A stretch of 64,000 nt of DNA from an uncultured bacterium. Its GTDB lineage: Bacteria > Patescibacteriota > Minisyncoccia > UBA6257 > 2-01-FULL-56-20. The notes under the pieces are model-generated. The model had not been told where the DNA came from and made no database searches. It saw nothing but the letters and a program-made list of their open reading frames with translations. Shown here piece by piece: positions 38,365 through 47,829 of the stretch (positions within the stretch are counted from its first letter, which is position 1; each line of letters begins with the position of its first letter). The stretch spans positions 152,489 to 216,488 of the forward strand of contig CAWJQC010000004.1 in assembly GCA_963844965.1 (NCBI GenBank), written 5' to 3'. Made by a program: the position numbers and the translations under genes.

Positions 38365-39615
38365 ATGAGGGCGCTATTCCGTAAAATCAGGGACTCAAGG
38401 TTCCGCCACGAAACCCTAATCACGATATTCATCCATCGCGAGCGGATTTTGCATAATCTCCTGCAATTCCAGAAGATGAACCCGGATGTCAATGTCGCCC
38501 CGGTGCTCAAAAGCAACGCCTACGGCCACGGCCTTGTCCATGTTGCGCACATACTAATGGGCCAATCGCTTCCCTTCCTCTGCGTGGACTCATATGTTGA
38601 GGCGCTCATCCTCCGCAACGAGGGCATCCACACGCCGCTCGTCATTCTCGGCTACACGCCGCTTGAAAATATTGAGCGGAGCAGATTGAAAAACGTGTCG
38701 TTCAGCATAACGAGCATGGAAGAACTGCGGCGGCTGGACTCCAGATGCCGCCTGCCCGCGCAGGCAGGCAAGAACGTCGCCATTCATCTCAAAATTGACA
38801 CCGGCATGCACCGGCAGGGCATTTTTCCCGAAGAGCTCACAGAAGCGCTCGGCATCATGGCGCAAAGCAAAAAAATTGTTTTGGACGGCGCCTATTCTCA
38901 CCTCGCGGATGCCGATACCCCAAAATCCGCGCTCACAAAAAAACAAATCGGGCGGTGGAACGCCGCCGCGCACGAAATCAGAGAAAAAATTCCAAGCGTG
39001 CGCTACTTCCACCTGGCGAACACCGCCGGCAGCCGCTATTCAAAAGAAATTGACGCGAACGTAATGCGCCTTGGCATCGGCTTATATGGGATAGACCCCC
39101 ACACCAAACGAGGATATGCGCCTTCGACGCAGAATTCAGTAAATCCTCGTTCTGGTGTGGGGGTAAATCTCCTGCCCGCCCTAGAAATGAAAACTCGCAT
39201 AACCTCCGTGCGGAAAATCGCGGCTGGCGAAAGCGTTGGCTACAACGCGACATTTACCGCCAAACGCGAAATGATAATCGCCACGATTCCCGTCGGCTAC
39301 GCCGAAGGCCTTGACCGCCGGCTCTCAAACCCCCGCACCAGAACGGCGAGTTTATCTACACAGGACACGCGCTCGCCGTTTGGTGTGGGGGTCAAGAACA
39401 TAATTTGTCCCGTTGTCGGCCGCGTCAATATGAACATAACTTCCATTGACATCTCACGAGTTCCCGATCCAAAAATTGACGACGAGGTCCTGGTCGTGAG
39501 CGCCGACCGCGGTGCGCCGAACTCAATAGAAAATATGGCGAAGCTCTGCGGGACGATTCCCTACGAATTTCTTATCCGCCTCCCCGCGCAGATACGGAGG
39601 GTCGTTTGTCCATAG
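38365..39615 (+). CDS. alr: Alanine racemase, carrying two short insertions that share a GVGV motif
   Basis: PLP-binding APVLKSNAYGHG. C-terminal VGYAEGLDRR … GRVNMN. Insertions at ~39115-39180 and ~39335-39405 share ggtgtgggggt[ac]aa. Confidence 0.8.
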   Translation: MRALFRKIRDSRFRHETLITIFIHRERILHNLLQFQKMNPDVNVAPVLKSNAYGHGLVHVAHILMGQSLPFLCVDSYVEALILRNEGIHTPLVILGYTPLENIERSRLKNVSFSITSMEELRRLDSRCRLPAQAGKNVAIHLKIDTGMHRQGIFPEELTEALGIMAQSKKIVLDGAYSHLADADTPKSALTKKQIGRWNAAAHEIREKIPSVRYFHLANTAGSRYSKEIDANVMRLGIGLYGIDPHTKRGYAPSTQNSVNPRSGVGVNLLPALEMKTRITSVRKIAAGESVGYNATFTAKREMIIATIPVGYAEGLDRRLSNPRTRTASLSTQDTRSPFGVGVKNIICPVVGRVNMNITSIDISRVPDPKIDDEVLVVSADRGAPNSIENMAKLCGTIPYEFLIRLPAQIRRVVCP

Positions 39616-39630
39616 AAAATTGTTAGCGCG

Positions 39631-40573
39631 CTAATCCACAAATAATTTCTTTTTCAGTTTATGCGTATTGCCGTGACCAAGTAGCCCAAGGTACGACGCC
39701 CTCGTTTCTTCCGAAGGACCCCTGCTTAATCTTTTTATCATTCGCCGTTTCGTCGCGCTACGTAGTACGCGATGGTCTGGAAAATGAACCCAGCCGAGGA
39801 AATCGACGCCGGAAGCCAAGGTTTTTATAAAAACTTTCTGCGGATGCAGGCGCAAACGCAAGCGGTTCTCAAGAAAATTCCGAATTTTCGTGATTTGCGA
39901 TTCCAGCCAGGTACGGTCGGAGGAAAGAAAAACGAAGTCGTCGGCATAGCGGATGTAATATTCTGCTTTTAATTTGTGTTTTGCAAACTGGTCAAACTCA
40001 TTCATATAGACATTCACGAAAAGTTGCGAAGTCAGATTGCCGAGCGGCAGGCCTATGCCGGGCCTGCCGGAAGAAAAACTGCCTATAATTTCCCGGAGCA
40101 ACCAAAGAACATCGCCATCCGGTATGTAGGAAGAAAGAATCTCGAGCAAAATTGTGTGGTCGATGTTCGCGAAAAACTTCTTGATATCGCATTTCAGGAC
40201 CCAACAGGTTCTGGTATTGTCTGGCGCCGGACTTGCGTGCGAACGAACGGAAGCGGTCAAGTGCGGCGTGCGTGCCCTTGCCAACGCGGCAAGAAAACGA
40301 ATCGGCTATAAACGTCCGGTCAAAAAATGGGCGGAGGAGGCCGCAGATGGCATGGTGCAGAAAACGGTCGCGCACGCTCGCCTTATGGATATTCCTCGGC
40401 TTCGGGTCGCAGATATTGAACGCTTGATATCCGCCGTGGCGGTAGGTATGATTTATCAAATCGGCGCGGAGGGCGAAAAGATTGTCCATTAGACAGAACT
40501 GTAATTCCCGGACATCACGCTTGCCGCGCTTTCCTTTCAAAAACTCCGGCCAAGTTTCCAAAAAATTTTCCAT
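39631..40573 (-). CDS. Diversity-generating retroelement (DGR) reverse transcriptase, interrupted by one frameshift near 40215-40250
   Basis: N-terminus MENFLETWPEFLKGKRGKR…FNICDPKPRNIHKASVRDRFLHHAI…CRVGKGTHAALDRF. Motifs VLKCDIKKFFANIDH, GLPLGNLTSQLF (the DGR-diagnostic LGxxxSQ), YIRYADDFVF, HPQKVFIKTLASGVDFLGW. Confidence 0.85.
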
Positions 40574-40613
40574 TCCGGCGATTTTTTCCAAGCCGCCGCC
40601 AAATTGAGCTTTC

Positions 40614-40997
40614 ATGGACAAAAATTCACACGTAACCCCCCGACGGAGTAGCTTACCCATCATTCAACATCTTATCGCTACGTACAAACTTTGGCACGAA
40701 TTTTTGCCGCACGTACCGAAAGACGCCCGCTACACGTTGGGAAGCAAAATTGACGTCTCGCTCATAGAAACGATTGAGGCCGTTTTTTCGGCGAGCTATC
40801 TCGGCGGCGAGAAAAAATTACCGTATCTGCAAAGAGCCGCAGCCAAACTGGACCTTGTCAAATTCTTTCTGCAAACTCTCTGGGAAATCGGGGCGCTGGA
40901 CAATAAAAAGTACATAGTGCTTTCCGAAAAATTTGACGGGGTCGGAAAAATGCTCGGCGGCTGGTTGCGGCAATCTCAAAAACAAACTCCGGCTTGA
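40614..40997 (+). CDS. avd: DGR accessory variability determinant (Avd, four-helix-bundle family), divergent from the RT
   Basis: 127 aa. YKLWHEFLPHVPKDARYTLGSKIDVSLIETIEAV … AKLDLVKFFLQTLWEI … VGKMLGGWLRQ matches the bAvd/TIGR02436 pattern. Confidence 0.7.
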   Translation: MDKNSHVTPRRSSLPIIQHLIATYKLWHEFLPHVPKDARYTLGSKIDVSLIETIEAVFSASYLGGEKKLPYLQRAAAKLDLVKFFLQTLWEIGALDNKKYIVLSEKFDGVGKMLGGWLRQSQKQTPA

Positions 40998-41017
40998 TGC
41001 CGGAGAAATAAAGTGAT

Positions 41018-41145
41018 TTGCAGAAGGCGAGGAACCACCAGTTGTCGTTCCACCTGTTGCCCCAGTAGTTGAGGTTCAGCTTGCGGTTCGAGGCATTGCC
41101 GTTCAGGTACGCCACGTTGCGATTGTCGTTCGGGATCCTGCCAGG
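41018..41145 (-). repeat. DGR template repeat (TR)
   Basis: ~128 bp homologous to the VR at 41523-41649. 13 mismatches, all at TR adenines on the coding (minus) strand. The TR translation is Asn-rich (NDNRNVAYLNGNASNRKLNLNYWGNRWNDNWW). Confidence 0.9.
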
Positions 41146-41414
41146 AAATATGCGGAATATCATCCGTACCACCGCCCGTTGAATAATCTCCGGGTTGAAT
41201 CGTATTCGGGATCTCCTCCGGTTGTGATCGGAGTAATCCGCCAACATCCCGCACCAAGTAGCTTTATTTTTTGAAATTCACGGCCGCGCTGGAGACAAGC
41301 GTGCCCGTCTCCATTCCGGGCGCGTAAATTCCGGAATTCGGCCGTTCGAAGCCGTAGCCGCGGACAGTGTCGCCTACTATCCAAATTAATTCTACTACCT
41401 ATTCAAAAACAAAT

Positions 41415-41460
41415 CCCCCACGCAAACATATGCTGGCGCATATACTCACGTGGGGGGTAA
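41415..41460 (-). terminator. Nested-hairpin terminator downstream of the DGR target gene (cccccacg…cgtggggg + T-run on the minus strand)
   Basis: 8-bp outer stem and inner atatgc/gcatat stem, followed by atttgttttt in minus-strand sense. Confidence 0.5.
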
Positions 41461-41518
41461 AACAAAACTCAAGTGCCCAAGGGACAAAAAGTTCAAATGT
41501 CCCAAGTGCAAAGTACTG

Positions 41519-42139
41519 CTACTTGCAGAAGGCGAGGAACCACCAGTCGTCGTGCCACCTGCCGCCCCAGTAGTTGAGGTCCAGCTCGCGGCTCGAGGCA
41601 CGGCCGTACAGGTACGCCACGCCGCGATCGTCGTTCGGGTCCTGCCAGGAATCGCCGAGGGCGGCTAACGGAAAATGGGCAGCCAGTTCGGCCGAATCGG
41701 GATTGGATTTAGAGAGATCCGCAAGTTCTTTCGGAATACCCGGTCGCAGACCCATCTTGTCCAGGCGAACGGCGGCGTCGTCGGACTCAACATACTCGCC
41801 GAAATTCACGAGAACCGCTTCGGCTTCAACCCGGCCCTTGCCGACAACTTTCTTGAAATTCTTGTCGGTCAGATTGGAGTTGACGTAGTTGAATCCGCTC
41901 GCCGTCTTGGCTTCGAGCGGCTCGTCATTGTTAATAATGACATGGAACACCGCGCGCTTCACGCGACCGACAATTTCCGCGACAAGGTCAACGATTTTGC
42001 CGAAGAGCGGACTCCCATCCTTCAACGCGTCGTAAAACTGTTCGTCGGATAAGCCGCGCTCCTGGCGCGCCCTATCCAAAGCGACCCAGAAACTCGCCGC
42101 AAATCCTGCTCCGCTTACCACCGTAGATGGTTTTGACAT
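41519..42139 (-). CDS. DGR target protein (variable protein) with a C-terminal variable region
   Basis: ~205 aa ending …DPNDDRGVAYLYGRASSRELDLNYWGGRWHDDWWFLAFCK. The last 40 codons form the VR. Confidence 0.8.
   Translation of the reverse strand: MSKPSTVVSGAGFAASFWVALDRARQERGLSDEQFYDALKDGSPLFGKIVDLVAEIVGRVKRAVFHVIINNDEPLEAKTASGFNYVNSNLTDKNFKKVVGKGRVEAEAVLVNFGEYVESDDAAVRLDKMGLRPGIPKELADLSKSNPDSAELAAHFPLAALGDSWQDPNDDRGVAYLYGRASSRELDLNYWGGRWHDDWWFLAFCK
41523..41649 (-). repeat. DGR variable repeat (VR) at the 3' end of the target gene
   Basis: See TR. A 25-nt 3'-terminal block (ttgcagaaggcgaggaaccaccagt on the plus strand) is identical to the TR, consistent with an IMH-like region. Confidence 0.9.
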
Positions 42140-42471
42140 GGCACTTCTCCTTTGGCGGCACACCCCTCGTTCCGGCAAATCGTGCTGTCGGAATCCCAGA
42201 TGAACCGCATGGTTACAGCTTTCAGCGCATATTGCCCCTCACGCGCTAAAAGCTGTAACCATTGCACAAGTAGTCATATTTTCAAGGTACGCCTTAATTA
42301 TACACCCAAACACTTATTGTGTCAAGAGCGCGTTTTGGGAACGACAGCAAGCCGCGCGTAATCCCAACCCCCGCCAAGCACAGCCACCAATTCACACCCC
42401 AACCCTCCTCAATTTCGCTTTCCTCCCGAACCCCGGTAGTAGAGCAAAGCTCACCACCGGGCTACGCACTT

Positions 42472-43269
42472 TTATAAATTGACCTTCTTCAGTACCGCAT
42501 TGCTACCGAACCAGCGGCGCGTAATTTCTACATACGCCGGCGTGATGTCCGTAACGAGCAATTCCTTTCTGCCTTTTTTGCTCAAGCGCGAGTCAATTTC
42601 CGGATGGCGCTTTAGATAATCTTTCAATTTGCGCGGGATTAGCTCGTCCTGCGAAACAACCGGTACGCCGGAAATCCTTTTTATCATGGATTTCAACGCC
42701 GGATAATGAGTACAGCCCAAAATTATTTTTTCAACTTTTTTCCGCTTTAGGGGTGCGAGATACACGCGCACGAACGGCTCCGCCCGGCGCAATTCGTCAT
42801 TCTCAATTAAGGGGACGAGCATCGGCGCCGCGTTCTCGTAAACCTTCACGCGCGGATTGAGTTTCTTCGCCTCGCGCACATAGGTGCCGGAATTGACAGT
42901 CCCCTGCGTGGCAAGCACACCGATTCGTTTTGTTTTTGGGTCTTTCAATGCTTCTTCCGCCGTCGGAATAATCACGCCGAGAACCCTGCGCTTCGGATAA
43001 TGGCGCGGAAGATACTGCCGCTGAATTTTTCGGAGCGCTTCCGCGGACGCCGTATTGCAAGCAACAACAATAAGCCCGCAATCTTTTCTGAATAGATATT
43101 CCACCGCCTCTTCCAAAAATTGATAAACCGTTCGCGGAGAGCGATTTCCATACGGCACGCGCGCGGTGTCGCCGAGATAAACGTAATCGTAGCGTGGAAG
43201 CTCGCGGGCCAGTGCCCGCATAACGAACAACCCGCCAAGCCCCGAATCAAATACGCCGATTTTCATCAT
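42472..43269 (-). CDS. murI: Glutamate racemase
   Basis: IGVFDSGLGGL, VVACNTAS, ILGCTHYP motifs. Confidence 0.85.
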   Translation of the reverse strand: MMKIGVFDSGLGGLFVMRALARELPRYDYVYLGDTARVPYGNRSPRTVYQFLEEAVEYLFRKDCGLIVVACNTASAEALRKIQRQYLPRHYPKRRVLGVIIPTAEEALKDPKTKRIGVLATQGTVNSGTYVREAKKLNPRVKVYENAAPMLVPLIENDELRRAEPFVRVYLAPLKRKKVEKIILGCTHYPALKSMIKRISGVPVVSQDELIPRKLKDYLKRHPEIDSRLSKKGRKELLVTDITPAYVEITRRWFGSNAVLKKVNL

Positions 43270-43345
43270 AGCGCGGAATTACGCGGACCAAACGCGGAAA
43301 TTCGCAGAAAATTATTTATATAACGACTCGCTCTTACTCTCATAT

Positions 43346-43366
43346 TTTCCTATTCGCGCGAATTAG
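43346..43366. promoter_or_regulatory. Operator-like palindrome attcgcgcgaat (second copy of the ArsR-box), ~80 bp upstream of murI and overlapping the arsR stop
   Basis: tattcgcgcgaattagaaa, near-identical to the 43646-43663 site. Confidence 0.4.
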
Positions 43367-43625
43367 AAATGGTAAGGATCAGCAATTTGACGACAGGAGG
43401 TAGCGGACTGGCCAAACGATAATAAACCGTCAAACTTTCCTGGCGGCGGTCTAAAATGTCCAGCTGGCGCAAGATGCCAAGATGCTTAGAGGTGGCGGTG
43501 AACGAAAGATTAATACCCCGGGCAATATCGGCCACCGAAACCTCTTTCTTCCTACCAAGAAGCCGGATAATTGCCAGTCGCCGCCGATTGGCTAACCCTT
43601 TAAAAATTTTCTCCAGCTGTTTCAT
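43350..43625 (-). CDS. ArsR/SmtB-family HTH transcriptional regulator
   Basis: 91 aa. LANRRRLAIIRLL…VSVADIARGINLSFTATSKHLGIL. Confidence 0.7.
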   Translation of the reverse strand: MKQLEKIFKGLANRRRLAIIRLLGRKKEVSVADIARGINLSFTATSKHLGILRQLDILDRRQESLTVYYRLASPLPPVVKLLILTISNSRE

Positions 43626-43645
43626 CTTTCCATCTTATCACTATT

Positions 43646-43663
43646 TTCTAATTCGCGCGAATT
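43646..43663. promoter_or_regulatory. Perfect 18-bp palindrome ctaattcgcgcgaattag, 21 bp upstream of the arsR-family gene. Putative autoregulatory operator.
   Basis: Perfect dyad read from the sequence. Confidence 0.5.
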
Positions 43664-43680
43664 AGAAAATGTAACAATCT

Positions 43681-44190
43681 TTAACCACTAGAAATAATTT
43701 CACTTCTAATTTCAAGAAAAAGTTTTTTTAACCTCTCCCACTGTTCGGCTTTCTCTTTTTCGTCGTGCGGAACCGTATTTTCAAGAAGTGAAACCGCCCA
43801 CCGTCCATTTCTCGCATTTATCCCCAACCGAGCCATACCAGGACTGGAAAGAGCTGATGGATAAAGACGGGTTGGTTGGGGGTAGACATAAAAGCGAAAC
43901 GGCTCCAGCGTCATCTCAAGTGGTTGCGGTTCTCGGTAGGTTTCTTTGTATTCATGCAAAAGCCGACTAACCGACCCCTCACAATGACCACGGAAATCTT
44001 CCTCGGCGCGTTGCTGTTTAATCAGATCAGCAGAAGATATCCGGCCGGCAAACTTGGCCATAAATACCATGACTTCTTCACGGCTTCCTGAAAACAATAT
44101 TACCCGGCGTTCGTCGCTTATCTCGTAGACAATTTTCTCCGTCTCCGCCTCGTTGCGATGCTGTTCAAATTCTTTTTTCATATACCCCAT
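43681..44190 (-). CDS. Hypothetical protein
   Basis: 169-aa ORF. The 5' UTR contains gtagtaa-type direct repeats. Confidence 0.4.
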   Translation of the reverse strand: MGYMKKEFEQHRNEAETEKIVYEISDERRVILFSGSREEVMVFMAKFAGRISSADLIKQQRAEEDFRGHCEGSVSRLLHEYKETYREPQPLEMTLEPFRFYVYPQPTRLYPSALSSPGMARLGINARNGRWAVSLLENTVPHDEKEKAEQWERLKKLFLEIRSEIISSG

Positions 44191-44222
44191 CTCCTTCCTT
44201 ACTACTTACTACCTACTACTTA

Positions 44223-45455
44223 CTATCCCATAATTTTTTTCCCGATATACTTTTGCAGCGCTTCCGGAACGTTCACTTTGCCGTCCTTCCTTTGGTAATT
44301 TTCCAGAATCGCTATTATTCCGCGCGAAGTGGCGATTGCCGTGCCGTTCAGTGTGTGCACGTATTCCGTCTTGCCGTCTTTTCTCCTAAACTTGATGCCG
44401 AGCCGCCTCGCCTGGAAATCGGTCGTGTTGGAAGTTGAAGTTATCTCTCCATATTCGCCCCGGCCCGGCATCCAGGCCTCAAGGTCAAACTTTCTCGCCG
44501 CCTGCGAACCCAAGTCGCCCGCGCACATTTCCACGGCGCGGTAAGGAATGCCCAAACCCTGCCAGAGTTTTTCCTCAAAGCCGAGGAATTTTTCGTGAAT
44601 GGACTGCGATTCCTCGGGCTTCGCGTAGGCGAACATTTCCACTTTCGTGAACTGATGAAGCCGGTAAAGGCCTTTGGAGTATTTCCCGTAAGCGCCGGCT
44701 TCCTGCCGGAAGCAGTGGGAATAACCGGCGTACAATTTCGGCAGGAAACTTTCTTCCAGCGTTTCGTCGGCGTGCATGCCGGCCAGAGTCACTTCTGCCG
44801 TGGCGATGAGTCCCAGATCGGAATTTTCTATGACGTAGGTCTGCGCTTCCGCGCCCTTCGGCTGGTAGCCGGTCCCCAGGTAAAATCTTTCACGGACCAA
44901 ATCCGGCGTAAACACAAGCTCAAAGCCGTTCTCGCTCAAAAAATCCAGAGCGTAGCGCACAAGGGCGAATTCCAAAAGAACGCCGTCGTTTTTCAAATAA
45001 TAAAAACCTGAGCCGGAGACCTTCGCCGCCGAATTGAAGTCAATGATGCCGAGTGATTCTCCTATTTCCACGTGGTCTTTCGGCTTAAAGTCAAATTCCG
45101 GCTTCTTACCGACCTCACGCATGACGACATTGTCGCGTTCGCTTTTGCCCGCCGGCACGATATCAAGCGGCGGATTCGGAATGGAGTAGATCAGAGTGAG
45201 CCGTTTCTTGTCCAGCTCCACGAGCTTCGTTTCCGCCTGTTTTATCGCTTCCTTGTTCTTTTTCGCTTCGTCAACTTTCCGCGCATCGCTCAATTTTTTC
45301 TGCTCGGCGCGCAGAGCGTCCAGTTCCGCCGTCGCCTCCCGCCATTCCGCGTCCGCCGCCAGAAATTCGTCAACAACCTTCGGATCGCCGCTCTTGGCGG
45401 CAATACCCTTTTTAATTTTCTCGGGGTCATCCCGTAAAAGTTTTATATCTATCAT
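44223..45455 (-). CDS. serS: Seryl-tRNA synthetase
   Basis: N-terminal coiled-coil arm (MIDIKLLRDDPEKIKKGI…) and class II core motifs. Confidence 0.85.
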   Translation of the reverse strand: MIDIKLLRDDPEKIKKGIAAKSGDPKVVDEFLAADAEWREATAELDALRAEQKKLSDARKVDEAKKNKEAIKQAETKLVELDKKRLTLIYSIPNPPLDIVPAGKSERDNVVMREVGKKPEFDFKPKDHVEIGESLGIIDFNSAAKVSGSGFYYLKNDGVLLEFALVRYALDFLSENGFELVFTPDLVRERFYLGTGYQPKGAEAQTYVIENSDLGLIATAEVTLAGMHADETLEESFLPKLYAGYSHCFRQEAGAYGKYSKGLYRLHQFTKVEMFAYAKPEESQSIHEKFLGFEEKLWQGLGIPYRAVEMCAGDLGSQAARKFDLEAWMPGRGEYGEITSTSNTTDFQARRLGIKFRRKDGKTEYVHTLNGTAIATSRGIIAILENYQRKDGKVNVPEALQKYIGKKIMG

Positions 45456-45691
45456 AAATTACATTTAAGCACGAACTAGGCCAATTAGCAACCGAACAGA
45501 CCGCGGCAGGTGGGCCAAACCAACGACTATTGAATTGCCGCCGGTCTTGTGGTAATAAAAAGACAGCAGAAATGTTGAACATCTGGAGGGAACGGAAATG
45601 AGAACTGGTCATTACAACTGGCGTTTCGGGTTGCGGGCGAAAGGAATTCCTCGCAAATTGGGAGGAATACTGCGTTAGACATCAGAGACAC

Positions 45692-46705
45692 GTGAAAATT
45701 TTTAACGTCGGCGAGCTGATGTTCCAGCATATGGAAAGCATCGGTATCAACCTGAACAGGAAAAATATCCATCAGGTTTCGCCGCTCACGCGGCAGGTGG
45801 CAAGATCGGCAGTGCTCAAGGGCATCCTGGGTGAAATAACCTACGACTCGGGCAAATACGACGCCGTCGTAATCAACATCCACGCGCACTTTTACTGGGA
45901 CGACGTGTTAACCGAAGCATACGACACGTATCTCAATAATTTCCTGCGAGCAGAATGGAATCCACTCCTTGTGACTTTTATCAACGACTTCAGGCCGATA
46001 CTGCAACACCTCAAATCACGCGAACAGTGGAGGAATCAAAAACTGGATGCCCAAACCATCCTCAACTGGCAAAACAGCGAGGTCATGACAACGTCCATGC
46101 TCGCCAAGTTCGCCGGTAGGCAATTTGCTCCTGTCGCCACGACGCAATCGCCGGCGGAATTGTTCTATCCTCTGGTTTTTCATCCGGAGATCGAAACGGC
46201 TTATATTGCCACACCCATCTCGCACCTACGCGACGTGGAAGCCAGAAAACCGGTGGACGAGTTCATAGAAAAACTCCGTAAACTGCGACTGTTCGCGCTT
46301 TTCAACCCACTTTCCGTGGAAGTCGTCGGCGCCGTTCACTTCGACAAACACGAATCGACCGACGAAGATATACTCGTCTATCACCACATTGTGAACCGCG
46401 ATCTTTACTGGTTCGTGCGGAATAGCCAAAAGATAATCGTCTACTGGCCGAGGATCGCCGTGCCGAGAGAGGTTGAAGAAAATCCTGAGCTTTTCAAACG
46501 CTGGCCGGAAAGCGTGGCATCCCCCGGCGTTGACCACGAAACTCACGAGGGGTATGGCGAAGGAAAAGATGTCTGGGTGGTGTTCTGCGGCGATAAGACC
46601 AGCCCGTTCCTCGTCAAATACCGCACCGAGTTGTTCCTAGGAGAAGAGGAATTCTTCGGGTTCCTCAAAGAAAGATATCCCGACAGGAAGAACCTTGTCT
46701 GGTGA
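45692..46705 (+). CDS. Hypothetical protein
   Basis: 337-aa ORF with no recognisable motif. Confidence 0.4.
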   Translation: MKIFNVGELMFQHMESIGINLNRKNIHQVSPLTRQVARSAVLKGILGEITYDSGKYDAVVINIHAHFYWDDVLTEAYDTYLNNFLRAEWNPLLVTFINDFRPILQHLKSREQWRNQKLDAQTILNWQNSEVMTTSMLAKFAGRQFAPVATTQSPAELFYPLVFHPEIETAYIATPISHLRDVEARKPVDEFIEKLRKLRLFALFNPLSVEVVGAVHFDKHESTDEDILVYHHIVNRDLYWFVRNSQKIIVYWPRIAVPREVEENPELFKRWPESVASPGVDHETHEGYGEGKDVWVVFCGDKTSPFLVKYRTELFLGEEEFFGFLKERYPDRKNLVW

Positions 46706-46802
46706 TTCCCGCACCCCCGCGCACGCGCACGGGGGCTTTTGTTCCCCAAAAAGCCGGGGGCAAGCTTGTCAAACCGCCGCCTCCGCGTTTATAATATTAA
46801 AA

Positions 46803-47824
46803 ATGCCCGCCAAACAAGAAGTTTCTAAAATTGAAAACATCCGCCACTCTCTGTCCCATCTCCTTGCCGCCGCCGTCCTCAAGAAATTTCCGGATGCGAA
46901 GCTCGGCATCGGTCCGGTCATTGAGAACGGTTTCTATTATGATTTCCTCCTGCCGAGCCTGCCTGACGGCAGTCAGGGACACTTCGCGCCTGACGACCTC
47001 AAGGAACTTGAACGAACCATGCGGCAGCTCATAGCACAAAATTTGCCGTTCAGCGGCGAAAAACTGACGCCCGCCGCCGCCAAAAAACTTTTCAAAGACC
47101 AGCCATTCAAACTTGACCTCATCAAAGAATTCACCAAAGCAAAAGAACCGCTTTCAATCTACAAGACCGGCGACGCTTTTTTTGACCTTTGCAGTGGCGG
47201 TCACGTGGACAGCACTAAAGAAATAAATCCCGACGCCTTCAAGCTTGACCGGCTTGCCGGAGCCTACTGGCGCAGCGACGAAAAAAATCCGCAACTGCAA
47301 CGAATTTATGGCTTGGCGTTTGAAACGAAAGAGGAATTGGAAAAATACTTGAAGCTTGTTGAAGAAGCGCAAAAACGCGACCACAGAAAACTGGGTAAAC
47401 GTCTTGACTTGTTTACTTTTTCAGATATGGTCGGCAGCGGTCTCCCGCTTTGGACACCGAGAGGAGCTCTGGTCCGGGGATTGTTGAATGAATATGTAGA
47501 ATCGCTACAAGCAAAAGCCGGATATACCCAAGTTTGGACGCCGCAGATCGCGAAAGCGGAACTTTTCAAAACATCCGGCCACTACGATAAATACCGGGAA
47601 AGCATGTTCCGCGTAAAATCAAATTACTCCGACGAGGAATCTTTCTGAAACCCATGAATTGCCCCCAGCACACGCAGATCTATGCAAGCCAGCCGCGGAG
47701 CTACCGCGACTTGCCGCTGCGTTATACCGACTTCGCGATGCTCTACCGCGACGAAAAACCCGGCGAACTGAATGGCCTCGCGCGCGTCAGATCGTTCTCC
47801 CAGGATGACTGCCATATTTTCTGC
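46803..47824 (+). CDS. thrS: Threonyl-tRNA synthetase, N-terminal ~55% only. It has a frameshift near 47640-47655 and ends abruptly at the QDDCHIFC motif.
   Basis: TGS/second-additional-domain region, then [28 protein letters not shown]…[14 protein letters not shown] in a second frame. No continuation beyond 47824. Confidence 0.8.
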
Positions 47825-47829
47825 CACGG

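Noticed and set aside
1-47800. Alternative genetic code (UGA recoding, as in some CPR lineages)
   Set aside because: Housekeeping ORFs here terminate normally at TGA/TAA/TAG and no in-frame TGA is needed to complete conserved proteins, so I assume standard code 11.
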